A model generated the notes under the pieces. It did not search any database. It saw nothing but the letters and a program-made list of their open reading frames with translations, and was not told where the DNA came from. The translations under genes were made by a program, and so were the position numbers. Source: Lama guanicoe (taxonomy: Eukaryota). Taken from it: a stretch of 64,000 nt of DNA. This document shows, piece by piece, positions 1-12,420 of this stretch. Location: the NCBI GenBank assembly GCA_013239625.1, contig MU053810.1, positions 1,809,518 to 1,873,517 of the forward strand. The letters are read 5' to 3'. Within the stretch, counting starts at the first letter, position 1. Each line of letters starts with the position of its first letter.

Positions 1-845
<845 letters not shown>

Positions 846-918
846 AATTCCCGGGGCACAACAGCGCCAGTGCTGGCTTACAGGTGTTCAGACTAAAATT
901 TGCCTATACCTTTAAGAA

Positions 919-961
919 ACACACACACACACACAGACACACACACACACACACACACACA
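919..961. repeat. (CA)n microsatellite with one GA interruption
   Basis: Seen directly, about 75 nt after the stop codon. Confidence 0.95.
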
Positions 962-2919
962 GGAGCCCTGAGCTGCTGTAGCCGGAAGGAGATGAGATTT
1001 CTGGACAAGCCCAGCCCAGGAAGGGTAAAAGAAAAACTAAAACTCATACAGGATATGATACCATTCCCTACTGAACATAGAATTCCCTCGTGGAATGAGC
1101 TCTGTAGTTCACTCGGCAAATCTCCTGTGGACTGGTCAGCAATCCGACAAGATTTCAGTGCTGTTGGCTTAAGGTGCAGGGTTGCAAAGGGATCGAGAAA
1201 AATCATAATACTAACGCTTTCGTTCATGAGGGATCTACACCTTTGGTTCAGATATTCTTCTCCGGTAACTGTGTTCCAAAGCCTGAGCCCATCCACTCAA
1301 AAGAGCAACGATGAATATGCCAAGATTTCTGGGAGGAGTAGCTGACGCAGGAGCAAAAACAATCACAGAATCAGATTTTCTATCTTTTCACCAGGCACGT
1401 GGCTAAAGGATTTTGTTTTTCGGGTCTAGACCCACCTGTTCCAACAAGGTGGATGCACCTTCTGTCTGTCCCGGGGGTTCAGACTCCGCCTCCCTCTTCC
1501 TCGCTACTGAGCTTCCTCAAGCAGTGGGAGGGAGTGGCCAATGAGGCTTTAATTCTCCTGCCTCAGAACAAAAAGTCTGATGTGTTTTGAGAAGCATGGC
1601 CTCCACTTCCCAACTGTGAAGTCCTACGAAGCCACAGTTGCTCTTGGCTGAAGGAAACCAGAGTTCCTTAATTGTTTAGGAAGCAAAAATGTTAAGGGGT
1701 TCTAAACACATGGGTTGTTTTTGTTTTGTTTTTGTTTTTACTTTTCACCGTTTCAGTACAAAAGGCCCATCTCATTGTAGATTCCTGCCTAAGAAGCCAT
1801 TCAAGTCAGCATATCCCTGGCGATAAAAAGAACGAAAGAACCCTGCTGAATCATACAGTAATTTTCTTTAAAGCACATAGTAGTTACATAAATATATATA
1901 TAAATATATTTTTGTTTATAACTAACACAAGGCAGGCTCTTGTGACTCTCAGTGCATTTTGTCATCCAGACAGAACAAATGTGAGGTGCGTTACTGCATA
2001 CTTCCACAGAGTTGTAAGATAATCCTTCATATTAGAATATTTTTATGTCACTTAGCAAAAGTGGTTCAGTGAGTGGCAGTACTGATCATTTTCCTGCCTC
2101 TTTGAGCCGCTCTCCCGTTCATATCAAGCCCTTCCCTCCCTGGCAAAATAAAGCAGATGCAAAAATCTCCTTCGATGGATCTGTTGTCCGCCCTGTAATC
2201 ACAATCCGGATTTTGAAACTCCCCCATGAGTGAAGACAGGAAAGGCATCCTTTGAGGAGGAAAGTGGTTAATACATACACTGAGCTCCTAAAGTTTAAAT
2301 TCAGGTACTATGTGTACAATTTTATCAACATCTCAACCCATGAAACTTTTACCCTGTGCCAAGAAGCTGTTGGTTCTTGAGTGGTACCGTGTCCAACATT
2401 TGCAGATTCAGGTATCCAGGAGCAGAGATGTCTCATAAGCAGCACTTTACAGCTTAGCATCTGTACACGGTGTCTCCATCAAATGACATCAGTCCACTAG
2501 CAGAAGATCGTGTTTTACTGTCACAGTTATCTGACGTAAACTCGTGATATTTTCCATCAAGTGTATTTTGCTTTCCATTTTTAAGTAACTGATGAGAGTG
2601 ATAACTGTTTCCTAATGTGCTTAGATAATAATTGCAAAAAAAATTGACAAGCAAGGTGATTGAAGGACGTGATGACAATCTCTCTGCTATAGTGACATTC
2701 ATTTTATATGAAATAACCCAACTTATTTCTTGTGGAGTAAGCTTGGTCAGATAGCGGTAACCAAATGACTTGCCAATGTAACTGGTGCAATCGGTATTCT
2801 GCAAAGACACAGGGAACACATGGACGATTCCTTCTAGGATAAGATGATGCTTCTTCCACTTGCTTCTGTCTGAGGCGTGGCTTCCAATAGCAGTTGACTG
2901 ACAGTTATATAAATCCTGA

Positions 2920-2949
<30 letters not shown>
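2920..2949. repeat. (TA)n microsatellite
   Basis: Seen directly: ATATATATATACATATATATATATATATAT. Confidence 0.9.
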
Positions 2950-2953
<4 letters not shown>

Positions 2954-3775
2954 CTCTGTATGCAGTTCTTTGAACTAGTGATGTTATCTTTATAGTCCTT
3001 TCAAAGCTCCTCTTCCTTTTTTGATTCAAAAAAAAAAATTGACCATTCTGTAAAATCACATTGAACTCTCTGCATTGCTCATTGAACTAGAGCACCCTGA
3101 AGTAGGGAAAACATCTTGTAAGTAAAAAATGCTGAAGTGTAGGAAAGCTTCCTAACCAAAGCAGGAGTTAAAGTTGGTAAGACGTTTCTGTTGCTTATGA
3201 ATCTTTCAGCAGTGAGGAAAGAGGCTGGCTGAATCCCGTTTTTCACTTTCATGAAACTTTAATTCTACTTGATACTTCTGGTTTGTTCTTGCTGCCCGTT
3301 TACTGCAAAGGGACAGCAAACACACACTAGGTTTCTGGAAATTCAGAATAGACTCTGATGCTTTGGACTTTACATACATTACATATTAGAAGGGGTGCAT
3401 CTGCACGTTACATAACATACTATGAATAGAGTTGAGAGAGAATAACAATAATTTTAAAAATTAAGAATAGCAATGGAACACATACCAGTGTCTGGAGAAG
3501 TCAGCTAAATGGTGCTATGGAGGAAGTTATTTCATCTTAATTATTTGGAAAAACATTCAGTGAATAAGTAAAAGTACCAAAAGTCAAGAAAAATACCTTA
3601 AGCCAACCAGATGGCACTGACCACAATGTTGGTTTGGTTATAAAAAATTTGGACTTGAAGATACACCAATTGAGAACTAAAAATAAATAATAAAGTACAG
3701 TTTACCCCCCAATTATTATTTTTGTTTGTGATACCTGGGGCAGTTGCTAATCTCTCTCCCAGGGAGCTTCTAGAG

Positions 3776-3961
3776 CTGTGCTGTCCAATATTGTATCTAC
3801 TATCCAAATGTAGCTATTTAAATTAGTGTAAATTAAATAAAAATAAAAATTCAGTTCTTCAGTGAAATTTCGAGTGCTTGCTAGTCACGTGTGGCTTGTG
3901 GCTACCATATTGGACAACACAGAACATTTGTGTCATTGCAGAAAATTCTAACTACACACTG
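3776..3961 (-). mobile_element. MER3-like hAT-Charlie non-autonomous DNA transposon
   Basis: CTGTGCTGTCCAATAT...GTGGCTACCATATTGGACAACACAG matches MER3 in reverse. Degenerate 8-bp TSD TTCTAGAG (3768-3775) / CTGTAGAG (3962-3969). Confidence 0.85.
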
Positions 3962-4061
3962 CTGTAGAGGCCTTTTCTTTTAACGTCCCCTCCTTGATGG
4001 AAACGAGGAGGGGGAAGAAGAGGTTTGGTGGTTCTGGGGCATTGCTAAGTGTTTTTGATTC

Positions 4062-4245
4062 AGAGGCAATGTGGAGTAATGGATAGGATGGAAAGACAGC
4101 TTTGAGGCTCAACTGTGTTATCTTGGGAAAATCACTTTAACCTCCATGAGTCTCAGTTCACAAGTTGGGAAAAGAAAAATATTTTTTTTGTCCTGTCTTC
4201 CTTGCAAAATTATTATCCTGCAGATTGACTAGATGCATAGATACA
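4062..4245 (+). mobile_element. MIR-family SINE fragment
   Basis: CTGTGTTATCTTGGGAAAATCACTTTAACCTCCATGAGTCTCAGTT resembles the MIR core. Confidence 0.6.
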
Positions 4246-5209
4246 CAGACTTTTAAAACCTCTTGTCAATATGACCCAGGTAAAGCACGTCTGTTGGTCT
4301 AGCACCAACACAAATTTGCATTTTGAGGGAAAAAATCCATCATTCCTGAAAACATTCAAAGACAATCCAGTCAATACGGCTCTTGAGAAAATGCCAAAGG
4401 AGAATACACTCCAACCACACAGCAGAATTGCTTACATTCCTTTTTTTCTGTCTTAATATTGTCTCTTAATATTTCCTTTATGTGACATCTTTCCCAACTG
4501 TCTCTCCTCTCCCAGGACCAAGTCCCTTGTGTGCCTCCTCCATCTGGCTCAGTATTTTATTATATAGAGTCCCTGAGCCTCTCTGGTTTCTTCTGATTTC
4601 CCACTTTACTCTTTACAACAAAGGGAAGCCCAAGAGCTGACCAGCAGGCTTCTCTCTGGAAGAAAGTACCTCAAACAAATAATGTCAAATATTTATTTTA
4701 TCCCTGGAACACAAATGTAAAGGGTTATCACATTAAAATACAAACATATATGGAACTTAATTTTAAATGTAAAAATTTGCAAAAGCAGACTATAAGAGAG
4801 GAGTAAAAGTATTTTATAACTTGCTGATATGCAGATAATATATATTCTCTAATAAGTATAATTTATTCATTTTGGCAAAAAAAATTCTTATGTTATTTGC
4901 TCATTCTGGGGAAGTATAAATTCGGTAATGCCCTTGGTGTCTATTGTCCAGGGCAATAAGAAGGAGTTTGGCTGGAACCCATGTTTTGATTCAAGACACT
5001 TCCATGATAAGAAATTAATATGTAAGTAAGGCTACCTGAAAAATATATGCTATGGTCATGACTTCTTCCTCCTGTGAAATGTTATTTTGCATTGTATTTC
5101 TTCAGGCATATTTCAGATATTTTATTATGATGTGTCTTATTAACTTCCAAAGATTGCTCTTGCTTTACTTCCCCAGCCCCTCAGCTTTTGGCATCAGCAT
5201 CCAGATGCC

Positions 5210-5340
5210 AGAATCATGGGAGGTCATCTAATCTGACCTCTTCCTTTACAGATCAGAGAACTGAGGCCCAAAGAGATATGGTAATTTTCCCAGTGTCAGA
5301 ACTGTGTCTTGGCTGGTCATTTGTGATCCAGTTCTTTTTG
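5210..5340 (-). mobile_element. MIR-family SINE fragment
   Basis: TTTACAGATCAGAGAACTGAGGCCCAAAGAG matches the reverse MIR core. Confidence 0.7.
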
Positions 5341-5877
5341 CCTAAACCCCTCCATCAGCATTTAAGGCTGACCAAGCAGCTTAGAAGGCCCAGTCCATCC
5401 CAAAGCATTTGCTGTGTGGACTCTCTGCTCTGTCCTGTAATTGGTCCTGTTCTCTAAAACATGGGACCAATCTTCCTTTATCATGTGGCTGTCTTAAGGA
5501 TGGTGCCGTTTTTATAACAAGCAGTGATTTCAGGTTCTGGCAGGGTCTGTTCTAGAGTCTTTTTTGGAGTAGCACGTCCCTTTCCCCCACCCCTCCCTGT
5601 GGCCACCAATTTCTGCGGCCATACAACTTATCTTGTGCTGTCTAAAATTGTTCTGCCTTTGTTTCATTTCTTCCCAAATGTTCCTGAAGATGAATAATCT
5701 TCACAGCAGATTTGCTCGCCAAGTTATCACAATTCCTGTTTGCTTTTAAACTATTTGAACCTAAGATTTTCTGAGCAAATATTATGAGGTCTGTGGCATT
5801 GCATCTTACATACTATTTCCTTGTGTTTGTAAAGCACTTTACATTTTACAGAGCACTTTGACTTCTTTCTTTCCTTG

Positions 5878-5980
5878 TTCATTCATTCAGCCACCCAATT
5901 CACTTAGATATTTACTGGGCATCTTCTGGAACCAGGTTCCTGTGCTAGATCTTGCGATATACAGTGATAAATACAAACAG
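5878..5980 (-). mobile_element. L2 LINE 3' end fragment
   Basis: TTCATTCATTCA...TATTTACTGGGCATCTTCTGGAACCAGGTTCCTGTGCTAG is the reverse of the L2 3' terminus. Confidence 0.7.
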
Positions 5981-6441
5981 TGGGCGGTCAGGCATGTCCA
6001 CTGATAATTGTGATATGGTGAAAGCCTCAAACATAACTTTGTGGCTTGATCGGATCAACATTACTCTCTCGAATTTCCATTTCCAGTTTCTGTTCTACTT
6101 AGATAGGGAGCCATCAAGTATTTGCCTAAGGAATGTTTCTGAAATATGATACGTCATTGTGCATCTCTGCTGTTTGCTCTCTTTCAAATGATCTGTTAAT
6201 TCCATTTCTGTGACTAAAAGTTACATATCCAATGTTGTTTCACATCCAGGAGGAGTTTCCAATTCACTTGAATTCTTCCTGACCAGTTGATGTAACAGTT
6301 CATCATCTTATTCTAATATTTCTGTCATGTCTTTGTGAATTATCAACACCATCATTTCAAGGTCTTCCAGAAGCACCAGTGGATCAAAGAAGCATTTGCA
6401 CTTTAGGTGTGTGTGGTTGTTTGTCATTTATTATATTTTCT

Positions 6442-6676
6442 CAGGTTTTCTCAGCCTCAGCATTATTGACATTTTGGGCCCCATGGTTGAGGGTGGGGGG
6501 TGGGAGTGGTCCTTGCACTGTAGAGCGTTTGGCAGCTTCCAGGGCTTCCATTGACTATATGCCAGTAGCTCATACACACACACACACACACAGACACACA
6601 CACCCCGGTTGTGACAACTAAAGTTGTCTCCAGACATTGCCGCATGTCCCCTGGGGTAAGATGGGGAAAACTACTA
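6442..6676 (-). mobile_element. MER20 hAT-Charlie DNA transposon with an internal (CA)n tract
   Basis: CAGGTTTTCTCAGCCTCAGCATTATTGACATTTTGGGCC...GTTGTGACAACTAAAGTTGTCTCCAGACATTGCC matches MER20 in reverse. CA tract at about 6571-6603. Confidence 0.85.
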
Positions 6677-9600
6677 GATTCCCTAGTGAACAAAACATAT
6701 CAGGAGGAGAAAAGAAACGTTTCTCTTTCTCTTGTCACTTAATCTTCAACATGTATAGGTTTTTATTTATAATAAGTCTTGGCATCATGAACTCATTGAA
6801 TTAGAAGGGACAATTAAAGCCACCAGTTCAACCACAACCCAGCATCATCCATATCTAGTTCTCATCTCTCGGCTTTACAAACGTATTGAGAGAACATCAG
6901 AGGGAACTGACGTGGGAGTTGACTCTCTCATAGTGAGAGAGAAGGCTCTTCGGTGTTTATGTTCTGCCCCTGAAATAGCTGCTGCAGTGACTTTGGCTTC
7001 AGCTGGGGACGTGGTGTCACACAACTTCAGCATCTCAGAGACTTCGAGGAGTTTTCTTTGATTATTTTGTCTCCGAATCTTGCTCCAGCATCTTTGCTTT
7101 CAAGTTGTGCATAGAAGTTGAAGTTCAGTGTATCTAATTTTAAGTCTATCAGGTTGAGCTTCCGACTTTTTTTTTTTTAATTCTCCCTCTGACTTTTTTT
7201 TTTTAATTCTCCCTCTTCGGGGGAAAAAAAATAAAATTGACTCTTCCAAGTAACTGAAAGTCGGAAATGTCAGAGTTGGAATGTCTGAATCTGTCAAGCC
7301 AAAGTTCCTGCTGATTTGATGTGCCTTATGTCAGTTTTCCTGTGGGGTCAGTGATTTCTTGTAAATAACCCTGTGTTTGTTCTTGTGTTTATTCTGCACC
7401 AATTAGAAAGCTTGATGAACTTCTAAAAGACAACCCTTTAAGAATATTCCCAGAAATAACACCAACGAGAAAAAACCCTGCCAACTGGAATATCAGGCCT
7501 CCCTCTATTCTTTTGCTAAAAGACCAACCCAGACTTTGGAAACATTCTTAATTATTTACTACAAGTTGCTAATATGGATGCACAATTGAAAGCCTTGATT
7601 GTGAAGTCCAAGTCTATAGAATATTGACAAGCACATCTAAAGTGACCTCTCCCAAGACCGTGCTGGATATCAGAAAACTCCAACCTAGGAGACCCACAAG
7701 TGTGCACATAATTTCCTTCTCTACCACTGTCCTATCAGACAACATGGTGATAGTTAAGGTTTTGATTAAGTTGATCTTCCAATTTCAACTTAAACTGCAA
7801 CGTATGTGCCTAATTATTTCCTGACATACCCTTTAAACCACCCAGTTCTCACTGCTCTCACAATGATTACTGCAAAGCAGTAAGAAGATAATTGTTCAAG
7901 TAAAGTCACCTAAGTTTTTTAAATCAAATCTCTATAACAAATTTACAAAATACATCATCGCTGGCTTCTCAATGTTAATTCTTGTTAATTTCCAGATCGC
8001 TGTCCACACTGAGTCTGTGTCACTTTAAATCCAGAATAAAAAGCTGGAAAAAAATTAATGTAAATCAGATGCCGGTGCTCCTCTTTTTCTAATTTCTAAG
8101 ATTTATTATCATTTGAGAATTAGTAAGAAAAAAAAGAAAAAGGAAATGAAAAGAAAAGGAAAAAAAGCCTCTCCTAATGGAATAAAGTAAAAATTTTTGA
8201 CTTGGCAGATAGTGATGTACTCACTTTAATTCCAGTTGGAAACCTTCAGTGACTTCTCTCATTACCACTGGAGTTTTGATTTTTTTTAAAAACAGTCTCT
8301 TCCCTAGCATTACAAAAATATATATATATATATATTCATCACCAAAATACCGCTTACCAATCATGCAGCTATAAACCATTTGTGCCTATCAAATAGATAC
8401 CAGTTTTAGATGTTTGCTCTGTGGGAAGAGGTTTAGGAATGGGTGCAGGGGTAATTCGTGGAAAAGATAAAGGTCGAAATGTGCTACCAAGCAGAATTTT
8501 CACCTTCTTCAGAGCAATGTGAAAATAAATATTCAATGAAGATCAGCTCAAATTTAAGTCATCCAGACATTGAGACCCTGTGCAAGTTATGTTAAGAAGC
8601 ATGTGACATACAGAAAGTAAAGGATGTTCCCATTGAATCTAAAACTCAAGCCATCATCTACCTGGACCTCTTTAGGGCATTAATCCTGAAACCATTGAGG
8701 CTTTTGATCTAGCCAGTTGGGTTACTTATGGGCAAGTAATGACCAAAAAGGAACCTTTCATTTATCATCCTCTGAGTTACAAGGCATGACCCTGTTTTTT
8801 TGATTTCCTTATACCAGAGACCATGAGACAGCCAGCTCCACACAGGCCATAAAATACAATAAAAAGAAAAATAATTTTCCTGAGGAAAGGCTAACGAAGG
8901 GTACTTTATTCTGCAGACCCAGAGCTGGATCCCTGGGCGGTTTGGCCATCTTAGGACCTAGACATCAGCAACCATTTTAAAGGTGGTTTGAACAAAAGTA
9001 TACCAAGTGTCATATTTTTTAGCAGGAAAATAAAAACTCAGATTAAGTGTCCTCTGCCAGTCTACTCTGAGAATGCCATCAAGTGAAATCAGAGCTTCCC
9101 TAGCTGAAAAATGTTAAAATCATTTCAGGAAAATGAATTTGGTTTCTTTAGACACAAGCATTTTGTGTTTATTATAACTAAATCTCAGGGCCCTAGCTGA
9201 GAAGGGGAAAGCCGTTTCATTGGTGGGTCAAAACAAATCTCTCGTTTGCCTCTCTTGAGGCATTTGGCCAGTGCCTGCGAAGTACATTACTTTCCTGGGG
9301 GAAAAAGAGACAGCCTTTTCTCGCATGCCAGCTGGGATCATGGGAACGTCCAATGCCAGGAATTTACTACTGTTTCTGGTAACTCTGCTTGTAGTCATTT
9401 GAAATGCTGAAGGGTGGGGGAGGAGAAGTCGGGCACCCAGGGAGCTGTCTGTGTTTTATGCCAGTTACACCAGGCACAGAGTATTTGTAAACGCTTTCCG
9501 AAGTAGGGATATTTGTATCCTTTGTCAGAATCACAAAGCTCGCTGTGGAGCCTCTGAAAGAGAGCCCGGGGCGGGGGGGTGTGGAATCGCTGACCCTTTG

Positions 9601-10450
9601 CACCCAGTCAACCCGCACAAAAGGGCAGACTGTGCGGGTGAGCCCAGCACATGGCGAATTTGTTTCTGTTTTCCACGGCCCTGGACTTCCGATCAAGGAC
9701 GTGTCTGTCAGGTGAAGGTTAATTTTGCTGAAGTTTTCCAACACTTCATTTAATACTTGGAAACATGAGCATTTTGAATTTATTCCAGTCCTCCGGGCAC
9801 CGTCCCAATTTCCTTTGCCATGTCACCAAGACTCTGAAGACGGCGCTCTTTCATGATAAAATTCCATTCACATGCTTGACATACCTGAACCTGCAAATGT
9901 AAAAGTGATTGTATCTGAATTTGCACTAATGTGTCTGATAGCAGAAGACCTTTATTGGACTCCTCTGTTTAAACTCAGTCATTCAGATGCCACGTACTTC
10001 TGCAAGCTTCTTGATCGTTTTCACTGTAAGAGTAATTATCTAAGTTTGAATGTATTTCCTTACAGCCCATTAATTTTGCCATCTTTTACCTGGAGATCAT
10101 TATGATTGCAATAATTCCTTAAAGTTTTCCTCACACAGCTTCTTAAACCAAGTTTTTCTGCTTTTTCTTCTGGTCCTGCTTATAGTATGTGGGAAATCTT
10201 TTTTTTTTTCCCCTCTGTAATAATTTTGTAAGAAGCCGGTGTATCAACAGCCATTGCGACACAATTCATCTTTTCAGGTCTGGAAGCTGGTAGTGACCAA
10301 ATGCCACGTATATTCTCCCTGTCAATTGCTATTTTCAGAATTAAATAGTGTTTTTTTCACTTTCAGTTGGTTGGGGTCAACACATTTGGGATTTTTAGAA
10401 GGGGGAAAAGGGAGCAATTTGTGTAATACTGCTGTCATATTTGACTACAT

Positions 10451-10530
10451 ATTAAAAACAATAAATGATCATTTTGTTTTAATTTCTTAAATTTGCTTAC
10501 CCTTGTCTTTCAACATATTTTTGTTTCCTT
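10451..10530 (+). terminator. PLXDC2: Putative distal cleavage/polyadenylation site of PLXDC2
   Basis: Tandem ATTAAA (10451-10456) and AATAAA (10460-10465). Several upstream TGTA motifs (about 10216-10243 and 10422). U/GU-rich downstream sequence CTTGTCTTTCAACATATTTTTGTTTCCTTT. Confidence 0.6.
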
Positions 10531-11449
10531 TCCACCATTAGCTTTCGAAAAATTTTACTTATTGTGGAAGAAAATCGGCTTGCAGTGCCCAGAGCTGCAG
10601 GCTGAGGACAGGATAGAAAATCTTTGTTACTAAATGTGCCGTAGTGTGAGGCTGAGAACAGCTAGAGTGAACTGTAGAAGAAGAAGGACCTAAAATGTCA
10701 TAGCACCCAGATGGAGGCTTGATCTCTGCCCACAACCCACAGAGCCCACGTGTTGAGTTCTCCTGGATCAGGCAGGTGGGGTTTTCGCTGCTGGTCTACA
10801 CCCTAGACCTGGAATCAAGTCAAGATGCTTCAGTTCAGCTCTTGTTTCTGTTGCTAGTCTTGGTTCCTGAGCTCTCTGACTTTCCAACACTTCCTGAAAT
10901 TTCTCTTTTGTTTCATCCCCTTTTTCCAAACTGGAAATGATGGTACCTCTTTCTCAGCTACTGTAGGAAGAACCTCTGAAGGGAGATGCTTAGCATTCCA
11001 AACATTCTTTCCCAGTTTCTTAATCCACCACTCCTGGACTATCCTTTTAACAATACCAAGTCCGCACAGGCCCGAACCCCTGGCCAGGAGCTGCCGGGAA
11101 TTCTGGTCAGTGGTGCTGGATGGCTCTGTGCAACTCAATAATGATTTTTTAAAATCTTAACCTCTGTGTGGATTTTTTTTTTGGACTGTGTTGATGAAAC
11201 TTTGAGATCATAGATTAAATTCAGAACTGCCATTTTAAGTGCTTTGAAAAAAATCTCTTAATGTGTGATATTTCTTTAATAATGCAATGGAATCATTAAA
11301 GAAAACAATGCTGATGACAATCATAAAATGTTTCATTTAGCTGTAGACCCACTTCCTAGGAATCCAGGCCTTCTCCTTTTCCAAGTCACTGTTTTTAAAA
11401 TCAGAGCCTTCTGACGTGCAGTTAGGATCTTTTTTTTCCCCCCTCAAGT

Positions 11450-12420
11450 TTGACTAACATTTATGAAAAGTCTAACCTGTGCTGTGCAGGGTGCTTGGCC
11501 CCAGGGCTATAAAAACAAAAAAAGTAAAGTCTTTGTTTTCAGCTAGCCCCGAGGATAGTAGGGAAGATAGGTATTTAAACAATACAGCAGATGAAGGACA
11601 GAAGTCCCAGGGCAGAGCCAGCCACACATCCCTGTGAAGTTACAGAGGAGGGAAGAGTCAGCTTTGTGTGCAAGGGGTTTGGGTGATGCAGGAAAAACGG
11701 GTGTGGGGCGTGAGGAGGGCCCTGTCCCAGGCTTCAGTTGAGCCCCTGGGATGTGCCCTGCCCAGTGTGGGTCCTTGGCTTCATGCAGGAAGGAATTCAA
11801 GAGTGAGCCACAGTTGAGTAAAGGTAGATTTATTTAGAGATTCATCAAAAGGCAAGAGAAAGGCTACGAGGTGTGGGAGTTGGGTGCTCAGATCAGAGTA
11901 AAAGTAGGTACACACTCCATAGACAGAGTGTGGGCCGTCTCTGAAGAGGGACAGAGAGAGAGGTAGTGGCCTCGAGGGGCTGTGTTGCTGGGTTTTTAAT
12001 GGGCTCAGTGGCTTCCTACGCTAATAAGTGGAAGGACCCGACTAAGTAGCCTGGGGAAGGGGCTGGGATTTCCAGGAAGCTGGCCATTTCCCACTCTTTG
12101 ACCTTTTGTGGCTAGCCTTGGGACTGCCATGGCGCCTGCGGACGTGTTATTCACCATGTTGATACATTACAATGGGCGTATAATGCAGCTCACAGTCTAC
12201 TATAAGTCAAATCTCCCACCGTCTTGAGCCTCAGGGCCTACTAGGGGTTGAATCTTTTGCCATTTTAGTGTTAATTGTTGTATTATTGCTTGAATGGCTG
12301 TGCCCTGCCCCCTTCCTGTCTCGGGGGTCTTTTGGAGGGCAAGTGATATTTGAGCTTGCTCTTGGATAGTGAGCACGGCTTCACCTGGGACAACACAGTC
12401 GCTGAAGGATGAGGTGGTTG
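11450..12420 (-). mobile_element. Decayed L2 fragment split by an ERV1 LTR
   Basis: L2-like 3' motifs at about 11450-11680 and an L2-like continuation GGAGGGCAAGTGATATTTGAGCTTGCTCTTGGA after 12323. Confidence 0.5.
11684..12323 (-). mobile_element. ERV1-class solo LTR (~640 bp), probably lineage-specific
   Basis: Termini TGATGCAGG...CCTGTCTCG (decayed TG...CA). Reverse-oriented ERV1 U5/R pattern GGTCCTTGGCTTCATGCAGGAAGGAATTCAAGAGTGAGCC. Minus-strand AATAAA (TTTATT at about 11829). Near 4-bp TSD TGGG/GGGG. Confidence 0.8.

Larger units (their letters stand above)
846..10490 (+). other. PLXDC2: Long PLXDC2 3' UTR (~9.6 kb, distal isoform)
   Basis: Follows the stop codon and is repeat-poor compared with the downstream DNA. 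Ends at a strong poly(A) context at 10451-10490. Human PLXDC2, as I recall, has a terminal exon of about 10 kb. The end is inferred, not observed. Confidence 0.65.

Noticed and set aside
2454..3059. 201-aa minus-strand ORF, the longest in the window
   Set aside because: Non-ATG start, runs through a (TA)n repeat and a homopolymer run, and resembles no protein I know. Probably a chance ORF antisense to the UTR.
4062..5340. Oppositely oriented MIR fragments in the UTR as a dsRNA pair
   Set aside because: Too short and too diverged for a stable long-range duplex.
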